From: Vezdaea acicularis
Lineage: Eukaryota
Length of the DNA stretch: 52,960 bases
NCBI GenBank assembly: GCA_026025075.1
Contig: JAPEUI010000108.1
Span: 1-52,960 of the forward strand
Reading direction: 5' to 3'
Positions 42,638-52,960 of this stretch are shown in pieces (position 1 is the stretch's first letter; each line of letters begins with the position of its first letter). A program made the translations under genes and the position numbers. Under the pieces are notes generated by a model, which was not told where the DNA came from, did not search any database, and was given only the letters and a program-made list of their open reading frames with translations.

Positions 42638-45600
42638 ATGGCGCATCAACAGCAGGTCGAAATCCTGAACAGGATCTTCGCTGACTTAAAGTCTAAGTAG
42701 GCGATTCTCGGGCGCTGAATAGTTCTTGACTTTCCATTTGCTCATATATCTAGACAAGATGACATCCGACAGAGGGCGGCGTACGAGCTGCGCGATCTGG
42801 TGGATTACTCTGCTCGAGGTGAGGACCTAACCTATTTGGCCCGTATCAAGGGATGCACGATTGAGACACGGCTAACGCGCCTCGGAATTATTAGATCTAC
42901 CGCCAGAGAAGTTTGTGGAGCTAAATCACCTTGTGAATGGACGAATCAAAGTCCTTCTCCTCCACAGTAGCGACACGAACGATAGGATCGGAGGAATACT
43001 TGCCCTCGACAAATTGATCGATGTTGCTGGCGATGACATAACCCTGAAGACCACTCAGTTCGTTGGTTTTTTGAGGACTGTAATGAGGAGCAATGATACT
43101 GCTGCGATGGGGCTTGCGGCAGCCACCTTGGGGAAATTGACAATACCTGGAGGCACTCTGACCGCAGAAGTCGTTGAGAGTGAAGTAAAATCGGCTCTGG
43201 AGTGGTTACAGTCAGACCGACAAGAGAGTCGACGATATGCTGCAGTACTCATCCTGCGTGAGCTCGCCAAGAATTCACCAACATTGATGTACAGCTATGT
43301 TTCTCAGATATTAGACCTCATCTGGGTTGCCTTGAGGGATCCTAAGGTTGGGATACGGGAAGCTGCAGCAGAAGCTGTGAGCGCTTGCTTTGAGATCATC
43401 GCCCCTCGAGACCTTGGGCTACGGCAACATTGGTTCACCCGAATGTTTGACGAGGCACGAACTGGTCTACGATTGAATACAGTCGAGTCGATTCATGGAT
43501 CTCTCCTTGTCATAAGAGAGCTTCTCAACCGTAGTGGAATGTTCATGCATGAGCATTACCGGGAAGCTTGTGATCTTGTTTACAAGTTCAAAGATCATCG
43601 CGATCCCTTGATCCGAAAGCAGATTGTGTCTCTCATACCTGTGGTTGCCAACTACTCGCCCATGGACTTCACTAATCATTACCTTCATAAATTTATGAGC
43701 TATCTGCAGGTGCTGCTGAAAAACCCTAAGGAGCGAAACACGGCGTTTCTGGCTGTTGGAAAGATCGCCTCCGCGGTCGGGAGTGCCATAGCTACTTACT
43801 TAGAGGGAATCTTATTCTACATCAAAGAAGGCCTTGCAATCAAAGCGTAGACTCCCGAATCTCCATTCGATTAACAAGGATTGCAGCTAACTTGTCGATA
43901 GTCGGAACCGCCTTGCAAATGAAGGTCCGGTCTTTGAGTGTATAAGTATGTTAGCGAGAGCCGTCGGCCAGACGCTAAGCAAATATATGGAGAACCTGCT
44001 GGACCCAATTTTCCAGTGTGGATTGAGCTCGTATCTCACACAAGCACTTGTTGATATGGCTCACTTCATTCCTCCAATCAAACCTCTTATTCAGGAGAAG
44101 CTTCTCGATATGCTAAGCCAAGTCCTTTGTGGGCGTCCGTTTCAGCCCTTGGGCGCACCTCCTAGTGGGCTGCCGGCGCCTCCTGTTTACTCCAAAGATC
44201 CGAAGGACCCCCAGGCACAAGAGCTTAGGGAATCAGAAATAGCTCTCGCGCTGCATACTCTTGGAAGCTTCGACTTTTCTGGTATATATATTGGCCTGTA
44301 CTTCAGTTTCAGAGCTTAGCTAACTAGACATCGGCAGGCCATGTACTCAATGAGTTTGTTCGCGATATCGCCATACGCTACGTTGAGGATGACAATCCTG
44401 AAATTCGAAGGGCCGCGTCATTAACCTGTTGCCAACTACTTGTTAAAGACCCCATCGTTCACCAAATAAGCAACAATGCCATAGAAGTTGTGGGCGAGAT
44501 TCTGGACAAGCTCCTTAATGTTGGCGTTGCAGATCCTGGTAGGTCCTCGTAGTAGGCCTTGAAAGCTGCCTTGCTAACTAGCGTAGATCCTGAGATAAGA
44601 CGTACTGTCCTCGAGTCTCTCGGTCCGAAATTTGATCGACATCTTGCAAAAGCGGAGAACGTCCGATCACTGTTCCTTGCCATGCATGATGAATCTTTCG
44701 CTATTCGTGAAGCAGCCATTACCATTCTTGGGCGCTTGACTCTTGTCAACCCCGCTTACGTGATGCCTTCCCTCCGGAAAACTATTATTCAGCTTCTTAC
44801 CGACGTACAAATCTCAACTGGTTCAAGAAATAGGGAGGAAAGCCCGAGGTTAATAAGTCTTCTCGTATCTAGCTCTCAGGGCATCATCAAACCCTATTCC
44901 AACCCTATGATGGCAACTCTGCTGCCTAAAGCTCGTGACCCAAATCCGGGAGTGGCAGCAACAACATTAAAGGCTATTGGGGATCTTGCAACAGTCGGAG
45001 GTGAAGATATGTTGCCGTACATACCAGAGTTGATGCCGATCATTATCGATGCTTTACAGGATCTTAGCTCTCAGGCGAAGAGAGACGCGGCTCTTCAAAC
45101 TTTAGGCCACCTCGCTAGCAATGCCGGATATGTTATAGAGCCATATATTGAATACCCCCAGCTTCTTACTATTCTGGTCAACATTGTCAAAATGGAACCT
45201 GTGGGGTCACTAAGGCGAGAGACCATAAAACTCATGGGCATCCTTGGAGCCTTGGATCCGTACAAACATCAGGTGAATAAGAAATCTTTCCATGAATCAT
45301 AGTACTCTATGAGGATGCAGCTGCTGACATGTCACTTACCTATGCAGCAAGTATTAGAGAAAGCTCCAGAAAGCCAACTCGCAGCTGACGCAAATGCTGT
45401 TACCGACGTTTCACTGATCATGAGTGGTCTAACACCTTCCGCCGAGGAATATTATCCTACCGTGGTCATCAACACCCTGATGAACGTTCTCAAAGACCCT
45501 TCTCTTACCGCGTTCCACTCTCCAGTCATCGATGCTGTGATGAATATATTCAGAACGCTTGGGTTGAAGTGCGTGCCATTTCTGGGTCAGATCATACCTG

Positions 45601-48600
45601 GATTTTTGAGCGTCATACATTCGACATCTCGCGCTGCAAATCGTCTTGAATCCTACTTTAATCAGCTCAGTATTTTGGTCACGATTGTTCGACAACATAT
45701 TAGAACATATCTACCTGAAATTCTAGAGCTGATCCAGGATTACTGGCTTTCTACACCACCTTTACAGGGGACGATCTTGCAGCTCGTAGAGGCAATCGCA
45801 AAATCCTTGGAAGGCGAGTTCAAGATATATCTTGCCCAGCTACTTCCGTTGATGTTGGAGGTTCTGGAGAAGGATGTTTCCCCTACTCGACAACCCTCCA
45901 GTAAAGTCCTTCACGCCTTTCTTGTCTTTGGAGCCAGCAGCGAGGAGTACATGCATCTCATCATTCCTGTAATTGTTCGCGTATTTGAGAAACAGCAAAA
46001 TCCTGCGGCGCTAAGGCGTCAAGCAATCGAGACTATTGGTAAACTCTCGCGACAAGTCAATATTTCCGACTACGCGTCAAAAATTGTGCATCCACTTGCA
46101 CGAGTGATTGCTGGGAACGACGCTGCGTTGAAAACGGCGGCGCTGGATACCTTATGTGCTCTGATATTTCAACTAGGCCGAGACTATATACATTATATCC
46201 CGACGATTAACAAGGTAAGCTTTCAAATAGACTTGACATGGATTATGCTAACATGATTAGGTATTGTCTGGCGACAAAAAGGGTACTCATATCAACTACG
46301 AACTGTTAATTTCTAAGTTACAAAAGGGCGAGCCTCTGCCGCAGGATCTAAGCCCAGATGAACGATATTATGAACAGATCGACGAGGTCCAATTTGCAGA
46401 TATAGGACTAAAACCTATTCCTGTCAACCAGCAACACTTGAAGAACGCATGGGAAGCATCCACGAAATCCACTCGTGAGGATTGGCTAGAATGGATTCGA
46501 AGATTTAGCGTTGAACTACTTAAAGAATCACCCTCACATGCCCTGAGAGCTTGCGCAAGCCTTGCTAGTATATATCCACAACTTGCTAAAGACCTTTTTA
46601 ATGCGGCTTTCATATCTTGCTGGACACAACTGTACGAGCAGTATCAAGAAGAATTAGTGCGATCCATCGAAACGGCATTGACCTCTCCACATATCCCTCC
46701 AGAAATACTTCAGATCTTACTCAACCTTGCAGAATTCATGGAGCATGACGACAAAGCCTTGCCGATTGATATAAGGACGTTGGGCGCACATGCCGCTAAA
46801 TGCCACGCCTACGCAAAAGCTCTACATTATAAAGAACTTGAGTTCCTCCAGGATACGACTACTCAATCCGTAGAAGCGCTCATCAAAATAAATAGTCAGC
46901 TGCAGCAACAAGACGCTGCGATTGGGATCCTTAGAAAAGCGCAGGCTTATAACGATGTCTCTTTGAAGGAAACCTGGTTCGAGCGGCTCAACAGATGGGA
47001 AGAAGCATTGGTTGCGTATCAGAAAAAGGAGGCCGAGCTGGTCGAATCAGGTGAACCCGAATCCTTTGAAGTTACGATGGGTAAGATGCGATGTCTACAC
47101 GCTCTTGGCGAATGGGACTCGTTATCTCAGGCAGCGCAAGGGCAATGGACTACGGCCCCTAGCGAATGTCGCCGGCTAATGGCCCCTTTAGCTGCGGCAG
47201 CTGCTTGGGGGCTTGGCCAATGGGAGCATATGGATGGGTATCTTAGTGTGATGAAGCAACATTCGCCAGATCGATCATTCTTTGGTGCCATCTTAGCTAT
47301 TCATCGTAATCAATTTGATGACGCGATGAAATGCATAGAGCGGGCCAGGGCCGGTCTAGATACAGAGCTAAGCGCTTTACTCAACGAGTCCTACACGAGA
47401 GCGTACGGAGTTGTTGTACGTGTACAGATGCTTGCGGAGCTAGAAGAGATCGTGGCGTATAAGAAAAACTCAGCCTTCCCAGAGAAGCAAGACACCATGC
47501 GTCGAACCTGGACGAAGCGACTGAAAGGATGCGAGAGAAATGTAGAAGTGTGGCAACGAATGCTAAAGGTTCGAGCGCTAGTAATTTCCCCGCAAGAGAA
47601 CATGGAGATGTGGATCAAGTTTGCCAACCTCTGTCGGAAATCTGGCCGCACTGCCTTGGCGGAGAAAGCCTTGAACTCACTCAGAGAGCCTGGCCAGGAC
47701 GATTCCGCTACTGCCCCACAAGTCATGTACGCCCAGCTCAAGTACCGATGGTCTCGTGGGGACCAAAGGCAAGCTCTTTCTGAGCTGAAGGATTTCACGG
47801 CCGATATGACGAATCAGCTCAATGACTTCACGAGGGCCAATGGTGTCAACGGGGATATAGGCTCAAACGGCCACCATCTTTCTAACGGCAACATCCATCC
47901 GCCGGCTCCTTTCTCTGGAGAGTACTCAAAGCTTCTTTCGAGATGCTATCTAAAGCAAGGTGAATGGCAGGTTGCGTTGCAAAGCGGCGACTGGCAACAC
48001 GACCATGTCCATGATATTCTTGCAAGTTATTCGGCAGCGAAGCATTTCAACAAGGACTGGTATAAGGCATGGCATGCGTGGGCACTGGCCAATTTCGAGG
48101 TAGTCACTTCGCTTACAGCACAACGCTTGCCTGATGGCGAGACAGCGGCGGTGCCCCAAAGCATCATTGTCGACCATGTCGTACCCGCAATCCGAGGCTT
48201 CTTTAAATCCATCTCTTTATCTACAAGCAACTCTTTGCAAGATATACTTCGACTGCTCACACTCTGGTTTGAACATGGTGGCAATAATGAAGTCAATAGT
48301 GCTGTTACTGAAGGCTTCGCCTCCGTTAGCGTCGATACCTGGTTAGAGGTTATTCCCCAACTCATTGCCCGAATCAATCAACGCAACGAGAGGGTTCGAC
48401 ACTCTATTCATAACCTCCTGGCTGATGTCGGACGGGCACACCCTCAAGCTTTGGTCTATCCACTGACGGTCGCTATCAAGTCAAGTCTGTCAAACAGATC
48501 GCGCTCTGCTGGCCTTATCATAGATAGCATGAGACAACACAGCGCAACGCTAGTTGAGCAAGCTGACATTGTCAGCCAGGAGCTCATTCGTGTTGCAGTG

Positions 48601-50249
48601 CTCTGGCATGAGCAATGGCATGAAGCCTTGGAAGAAGCCTCAAGACTATACTTCGGAGACCACAATATTGAAGGGATGTTTGCCACCCTTGGGCCGTTGC
48701 ATGAGATGCTCAAGAAAGGGCCGGAGACACTCCGTGAGATATCCTTCGTCCAAGCTTTCGGCCGCGATTTACAAGAAGCATATGACTGGTGTCAAACGTA
48801 TAGGCGTACAGGAGAGCCAGGAGATCTCAATTCGGCTTGGGACCTCTACTACCAAGTCTTCCGCAGGATCGCTCGCCAGTTACCGCAGCTTACTCAACTG
48901 GATCTGCAATACGTTTCACCCAAGCTAAAGGAGGCTTACGACCTCGATCTGGCAGTCCCAGGTACCTACCAAAGTGGCAAGCCTATTATTCGTATTATCA
49001 AGTTCGAGGAGACTTGTAGTGTCATAACCTCGAAGCAGCGTCCGCGGAAGGTCTCGCTAAAGGGTAGTGACGGCACAATGTATCAGTACGTACTGAAAGG
49101 TCATGAAGACATTCGTCAAGATGAGCGTGTGATGCAGCTGTTCGGACTTGTGAATACGCTGCTGGATACTGATACCGAGTGCTTCAAGCGACATCTCAAC
49201 ATCCAGCGTTACCCTGCTATTCCCTTGTCACAAAACTCAGGCTTACTGGGATGGGTTCCGAACAGCGATACTCTTCATGTGCTGATCCGTGAATACCGAG
49301 ACAGCCGAAAGATTTTGTTGAACATTGAGCATCGGATCATGCTACAGATGGCGCCCGACTACGACAATCTCACACTCATGCAAAAGGTCGAGGTCTTTGG
49401 TTATGCACTCGATAATACTACTGGCCAGGACCTGTACCGCGTACTTTGGCTTAAGAGTAAATCCTCAGAGTCATGGCTTGATCGCCGGACGAATTACACG
49501 AGATCCCTGGGAGTGATGAGTATGGTCGGATACATTCTTGGACTGGGTGATCGTCATCCAAGCAATCTCATGCTCGACAAGCTCACGGGGAAGATCATTC
49601 ATATTGACTTTGGTGACTGCTTCGAGGTGGCCATGCACCGCGATAAATATCCTGAAAGGGTTCCTTTCCGCCTAACCCGAATGTTGAATTACGCGATGGA
49701 GGTCTCGAATATTGAAGGAAGCTTCAGACTGACGTGCCAGGCTGTCATGAGGGTCCTTCGTGACAACAAAGAAAGTTTGATGGCCGTTCTTGAAGCCGTG
49801 AGTGATGCTCTCGTTCTCCCTTGTGTAATTTGCTAATCTCTGTACAGTTCATCCACGACCCTCTCCTCAACTGGCGTCTCACAAATCGTGATTCTCCACC
49901 AGAGCCTTCCTTCGTATCAGACAGACGGCAGTCCATCGTTGGTGACCAAGTCAATCAGCAATCATCCTATCGTCCGCGCGCCCGTTCCATGGCCAATCAA
50001 GGATCTTCTACCAACAATTACTCGAGTCACAACGCAGATCCTAATACCCAGGGTGCTGATCCCGACGCCCGAGAGGTACAGAATGCGCGAGCCGTAGAGG
50101 TGTTAAGCCGAGTGAAGGAGAAGCTGACTGGCAGAGACTTCGGCAAAGAGGAGTTGGATGTCGATGCGCAAGTCGAGAAGTTGATCCAGCAGGCGGTGAG
50201 CCTGGAGAATTTGTGTCAGCATTATATCGGATGGTGCAGCTTTTGGTGA
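42638..50249 (+). CDS. TOR: Target of rapamycin kinase; join(42638..42696,42754..42818,42895..43846,43902..44281,44338..44538,44587..45272,45348..46214,46261..49797,49848..50249)
   Basis: HEAT repeats, FAT domain, FRB ([19 protein letters not shown]), kinase motifs ([34 protein letters not shown]) and FATC ([14 protein letters not shown]). Eight GT-AG introns all restore frame. Confidence 0.98.
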
Positions 50250-51248
50250 GCATGGTATGGTCTTGCCTACGAAGGTGGTAATGGAGACAATGATGTAAGA
50301 GATTCCCTTTCGTCTTACCGGGATAGCGTTGCTTCTGATATTTGATGGGCATTGCGATGGCTGGCAGGAACATGGCGCGCTAGGACACAGTGTGGATTTG
50401 TCGGACTCAGTCCTTGTACAGGACGTAGCATGATAGCATCGTACGGTAGCATCGAATGATTAGCTGCAGTTAGGCTGAGGCTCATCTCAGCTTGCTGGTC
50501 GTCTGACGGCCAATGCTCCCACCAGAGGCCCGGTCTCTTTGGAACCCTAATATAAGATCATCAATACTCCTGCCTTTCAAATAGTATATCTTTTCAGTGA
50601 AATCCTCTTGGACTATCCTTTGATTTAATTCAGCTTCACGTCCACAGAGGTTCTACAGCTTTTTACTAACCTAATGACTTCTTCAAACTACATCAACGAC
50701 GGTCTCAGATTAGCATTCAGGAAGTTCTCAGGGGTGAATCATGTCTATGAGGAATCTACGTGTCTCGGGTCCCACATTAGTTCACAGACCCTTTTTAAAG
50801 ACCGACCTCACCGCTTCTGGATGGAATTTGAAAGTGAAAAGCGAGTAGGCTGAGGGAGAATCATTTGGCGGCTTGCTCGTTGAAACCCCCCTTTTCAATC
50901 ATAAGAGCGCTTCGATTCGCCATGCATTGGATGACCACATCCAGAGCGGAGTTGTTGGTAGGCAGCTGCGGCCAGCAACAGGGACAGTGAGATAGATACT
51001 GCTGTGACAGGATATGGTGGTCTGAAAGATAATGATGTGGGTTCTGCGTATATTACATCCAATGGCGGTCAAAACTCGAATCTGGTAAGACTGGTGGACC
51101 CCTGCGCGGAGACCGTAGGCCCCTGCTGAGCCAGCGCCGAATCGGCTCGCTTCCGTCCCCAGTCCGGCGCCTCTCCCGCACATCGCGTCATGTATCCCTC
51201 AACCTCATCTCCCCCGCCAACTCACTCAACATATGTCTCGGGATCCCA

Positions 51249-52960
51249 ATGGCACCAGTCCGATCTCTTTTGCGATCCCTTCACAGGCCTGTAACTCACT
51301 CGCCACCAACGAACATCTACTTTCGCCGTATTCCGCTCCCTAACTCTCCCGTGCACTTTCCGCGAGCGTCCCGGTTCGCCTCCACCACCGCGACCGAAGC
51401 CCGCAGCCTTGTCACCCGCCTCAAGAACCTTTTCTACGGCACCGCGATAATCCTCTTCTCGACCCTCAGCTACCTCTACATAACCGACACGCGCGCTAGC
51501 GTGCATCGTTGGCTTGTCCCTTCTACCCTGCGTCTCCTATATCCGGACGCCGAAGAATCCCACGCTGCAGGCACCACTGCATTGAAGACCCTCCACAGCA
51601 TCGGCCTACATCCGCGCGAGCGCGCCCCGGTCGATGAGCATGGTGAGCTCGAAACGGATGTGTTTGGGCACAAGCTACGGAATCCGCTCGCCACCTCCGC
51701 TGGGCTCGATAAAGGCGGGGAGATACCCACGCCCCTGCTTCTGCTCGGGCCGTCGATCGTCGAGATTGGTGGGATAACGCCCTTTCCGCAGCCTGGAAAC
51801 CCCAGACCGCGCGTTTTCCGCCTGCCTTCGCAGGATGCCCTGATTAACCGCTATGGGCTGAACTCGGAGGGCGCGGACGCGGTGGCTAGGCGGCTAAGAA
51901 AGCGAGTGAGGCTGTTCGCGCAAGGCGCTGGGTTTGGGGCAGGGCCAGACGGCGAGTGTGCAGTTCTGGATGGAGAGGCGGGCGTTGCGCCGGGGAGCTT
52001 GATGCCAGGAAGTCTTTTGGCGGTGCAAGTGGCGAAGAGCAAGGACACGGATGGAACAGACATCGAGGCTGTCCGGCGGGACTACGTGTACTGCGTCGAG
52101 CGGCTAGCACCCTATGCTGACATACTGGTTGTCAATGTGAGCAGTCCGAACACGCCCGGATTGAGGAACTTGCAGCGGGTAGAGCCGCTGAAGAGGATAT
52201 TGGAGGGAGTGGTGCAGGCGGCGAAGGGGGTGGAGAGGAAGAGAAAGCCGCGGGTTATGGTAAAGGTGAGTCCCGACGAAGATACGGAGGAGCAGGTTCG
52301 GGGTGTTTGCGAGGCCGTGTGGGAGGCGGGCGTGGACGGTGTTGTGGTGGGGAATACCACGAACAGCAGACCGGTGCCCGACGGGACGATTTCGCAGGTG
52401 GAAGCAGACACGCTGAAAGAGACGGGGGGGTATTCAGGGCCCTCTCTTTTCGAGAAGACAGTCGATCTGGTGCGACGCTATCGCGAGATACTGGATAAAG
52501 GGCCACCCACGAAAGAGAATCCGAAAGACGCTCCAACCGAAGCTCCGGCGAACGCTCTAAAGGAGAAACCTAAAGAGGACACTAACCGAGAACAACCGCC
52601 AAAGAACCCCCCCCCCTTCCAATCAACCCTCCAGCCTCCCACCTCAGAACCCCACATTGACCCCCTCCAAGGCTCACCCATCCCCGCCAGCCACTCCAGC
52701 GCATCACAAAGCCTCATCCAACTTCCTTCCCGCCACACCTCCTCCTCCTCATCAGCATCCCCACAGGTAACCCCCCAAAAACTGTCCCAAACAACCACAC
52801 CTCCTTCTCCTTCCCCTCCATCTCCCAAGCCCCAACCCCCTTCTCCATCTCCTGAGCACAAAGGCGACCGCAAAGTCATCTTCGCAACCGGCGGCATCAC
52901 GACGGGCGCCCAGGCGCAGCAGGTCCTTGACGCTGGCGCGTCCGTCGCGATGGTGTATAC
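51249..52960 (+). CDS. pyrE: Class 2 (mitochondrial, quinone) dihydroorotate dehydrogenase, 3'-truncated by the window edge
   Basis: Presequence and TM, then TDTRASVHRW, SAGLDK, QPGNPRPRVFRL, INRYGLNSEG, VVNVSSPNTPGLR, VKVSPD, GGYSGP and VIFATGGI. No stop in the window, so it is absent from the ORF track. Confidence 0.96.
   Translation, partial: MAPVRSLLRSLHRPVTHSPPTNIYFRRIPLPNSPVHFPRASRFASTTATEARSLVTRLKNLFYGTAIILFSTLSYLYITDTRASVHRWLVPSTLRLLYPDAEESHAAGTTALKTLHSIGLHPRERAPVDEHGELETDVFGHKLRNPLATSAGLDKGGEIPTPLLLLGPSIVEIGGITPFPQPGNPRPRVFRLPSQDALINRYGLNSEGADAVARRLRKRVRLFAQGAGFGAGPDGECAVLDGEAGVAPGSLMPGSLLAVQVAKSKDTDGTDIEAVRRDYVYCVERLAPYADILVVNVSSPNTPGLRNLQRVEPLKRILEGVVQAAKGVERKRKPRVMVKVSPDEDTEEQVRGVCEAVWEAGVDGVVVGNTTNSRPVPDGTISQVEADTLKETGGYSGPSLFEKTVDLVRRYREILDKGPPTKENPKDAPTEAPANALKEKPKEDTNREQPPKNPPPFQSTLQPPTSEPHIDPLQGSPIPASHSSASQSLIQLPSRHTSSSSSASPQVTPQKLSQTTTPPSPSPPSPKPQPPSPSPEHKGDRKVIFATGGITTGAQAQQVLDAGASVAMVY

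Noticed and set aside
52607..52616. Frameshift at the poly-C run in DHODH
   Set aside because: The frame is preserved through to KVIFATGG.
1..52960. Intact transposon, Starship or secondary-metabolite cluster
   Set aside because: No transposase, reverse transcriptase, tyrosine recombinase, PKS or NRPS motifs, and no evident LTRs or TIRs.

Overview
Gene-dense chromosomal window from a filamentous ascomycete (Pezizomycotina). This is inferred from short GT-AG introns with CTRAY branch sites and from the gene content. It holds 24 protein-coding gene models and one intron-containing tRNA-Ala(CGC). Recognisable genes: PEX30-family peroxin, mitoribosomal mL50, VIP1, SIP5, an ARA2/L-galactose dehydrogenase-like aldo-keto reductase, PAM16, a UFD1/zinc-finger multidomain protein, a Nop8-like nucleolar protein, a GRE2-like reductase, an ADCK2/CQD1 ABC1 kinase, HRI1, cytochrome c heme lyase, a 9-exon TOR kinase and a class 2 DHODH that runs off the right edge. 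Most notable signals the ORF track misses: (1) two tiny, divergent metallothionein genes in tandem with different candidate promoter motifs; (2) the two genes converging on the tRNA both end at TAG followed by in-frame tails that look like protein C-termini; (3) a strong-context uORF in frame with TOR; (4) a candidate ATG micro-exon upstream of SIP5; (5) a 36-37 bp tandem array followed by a possible decayed BTB relic; (6) sharp local GC-skew flips. I found no intact transposon or CRISPR array, and nothing I can prove to be a new system. Family assignments and comparisons to homologues come from motif recognition and recall, not database searches.
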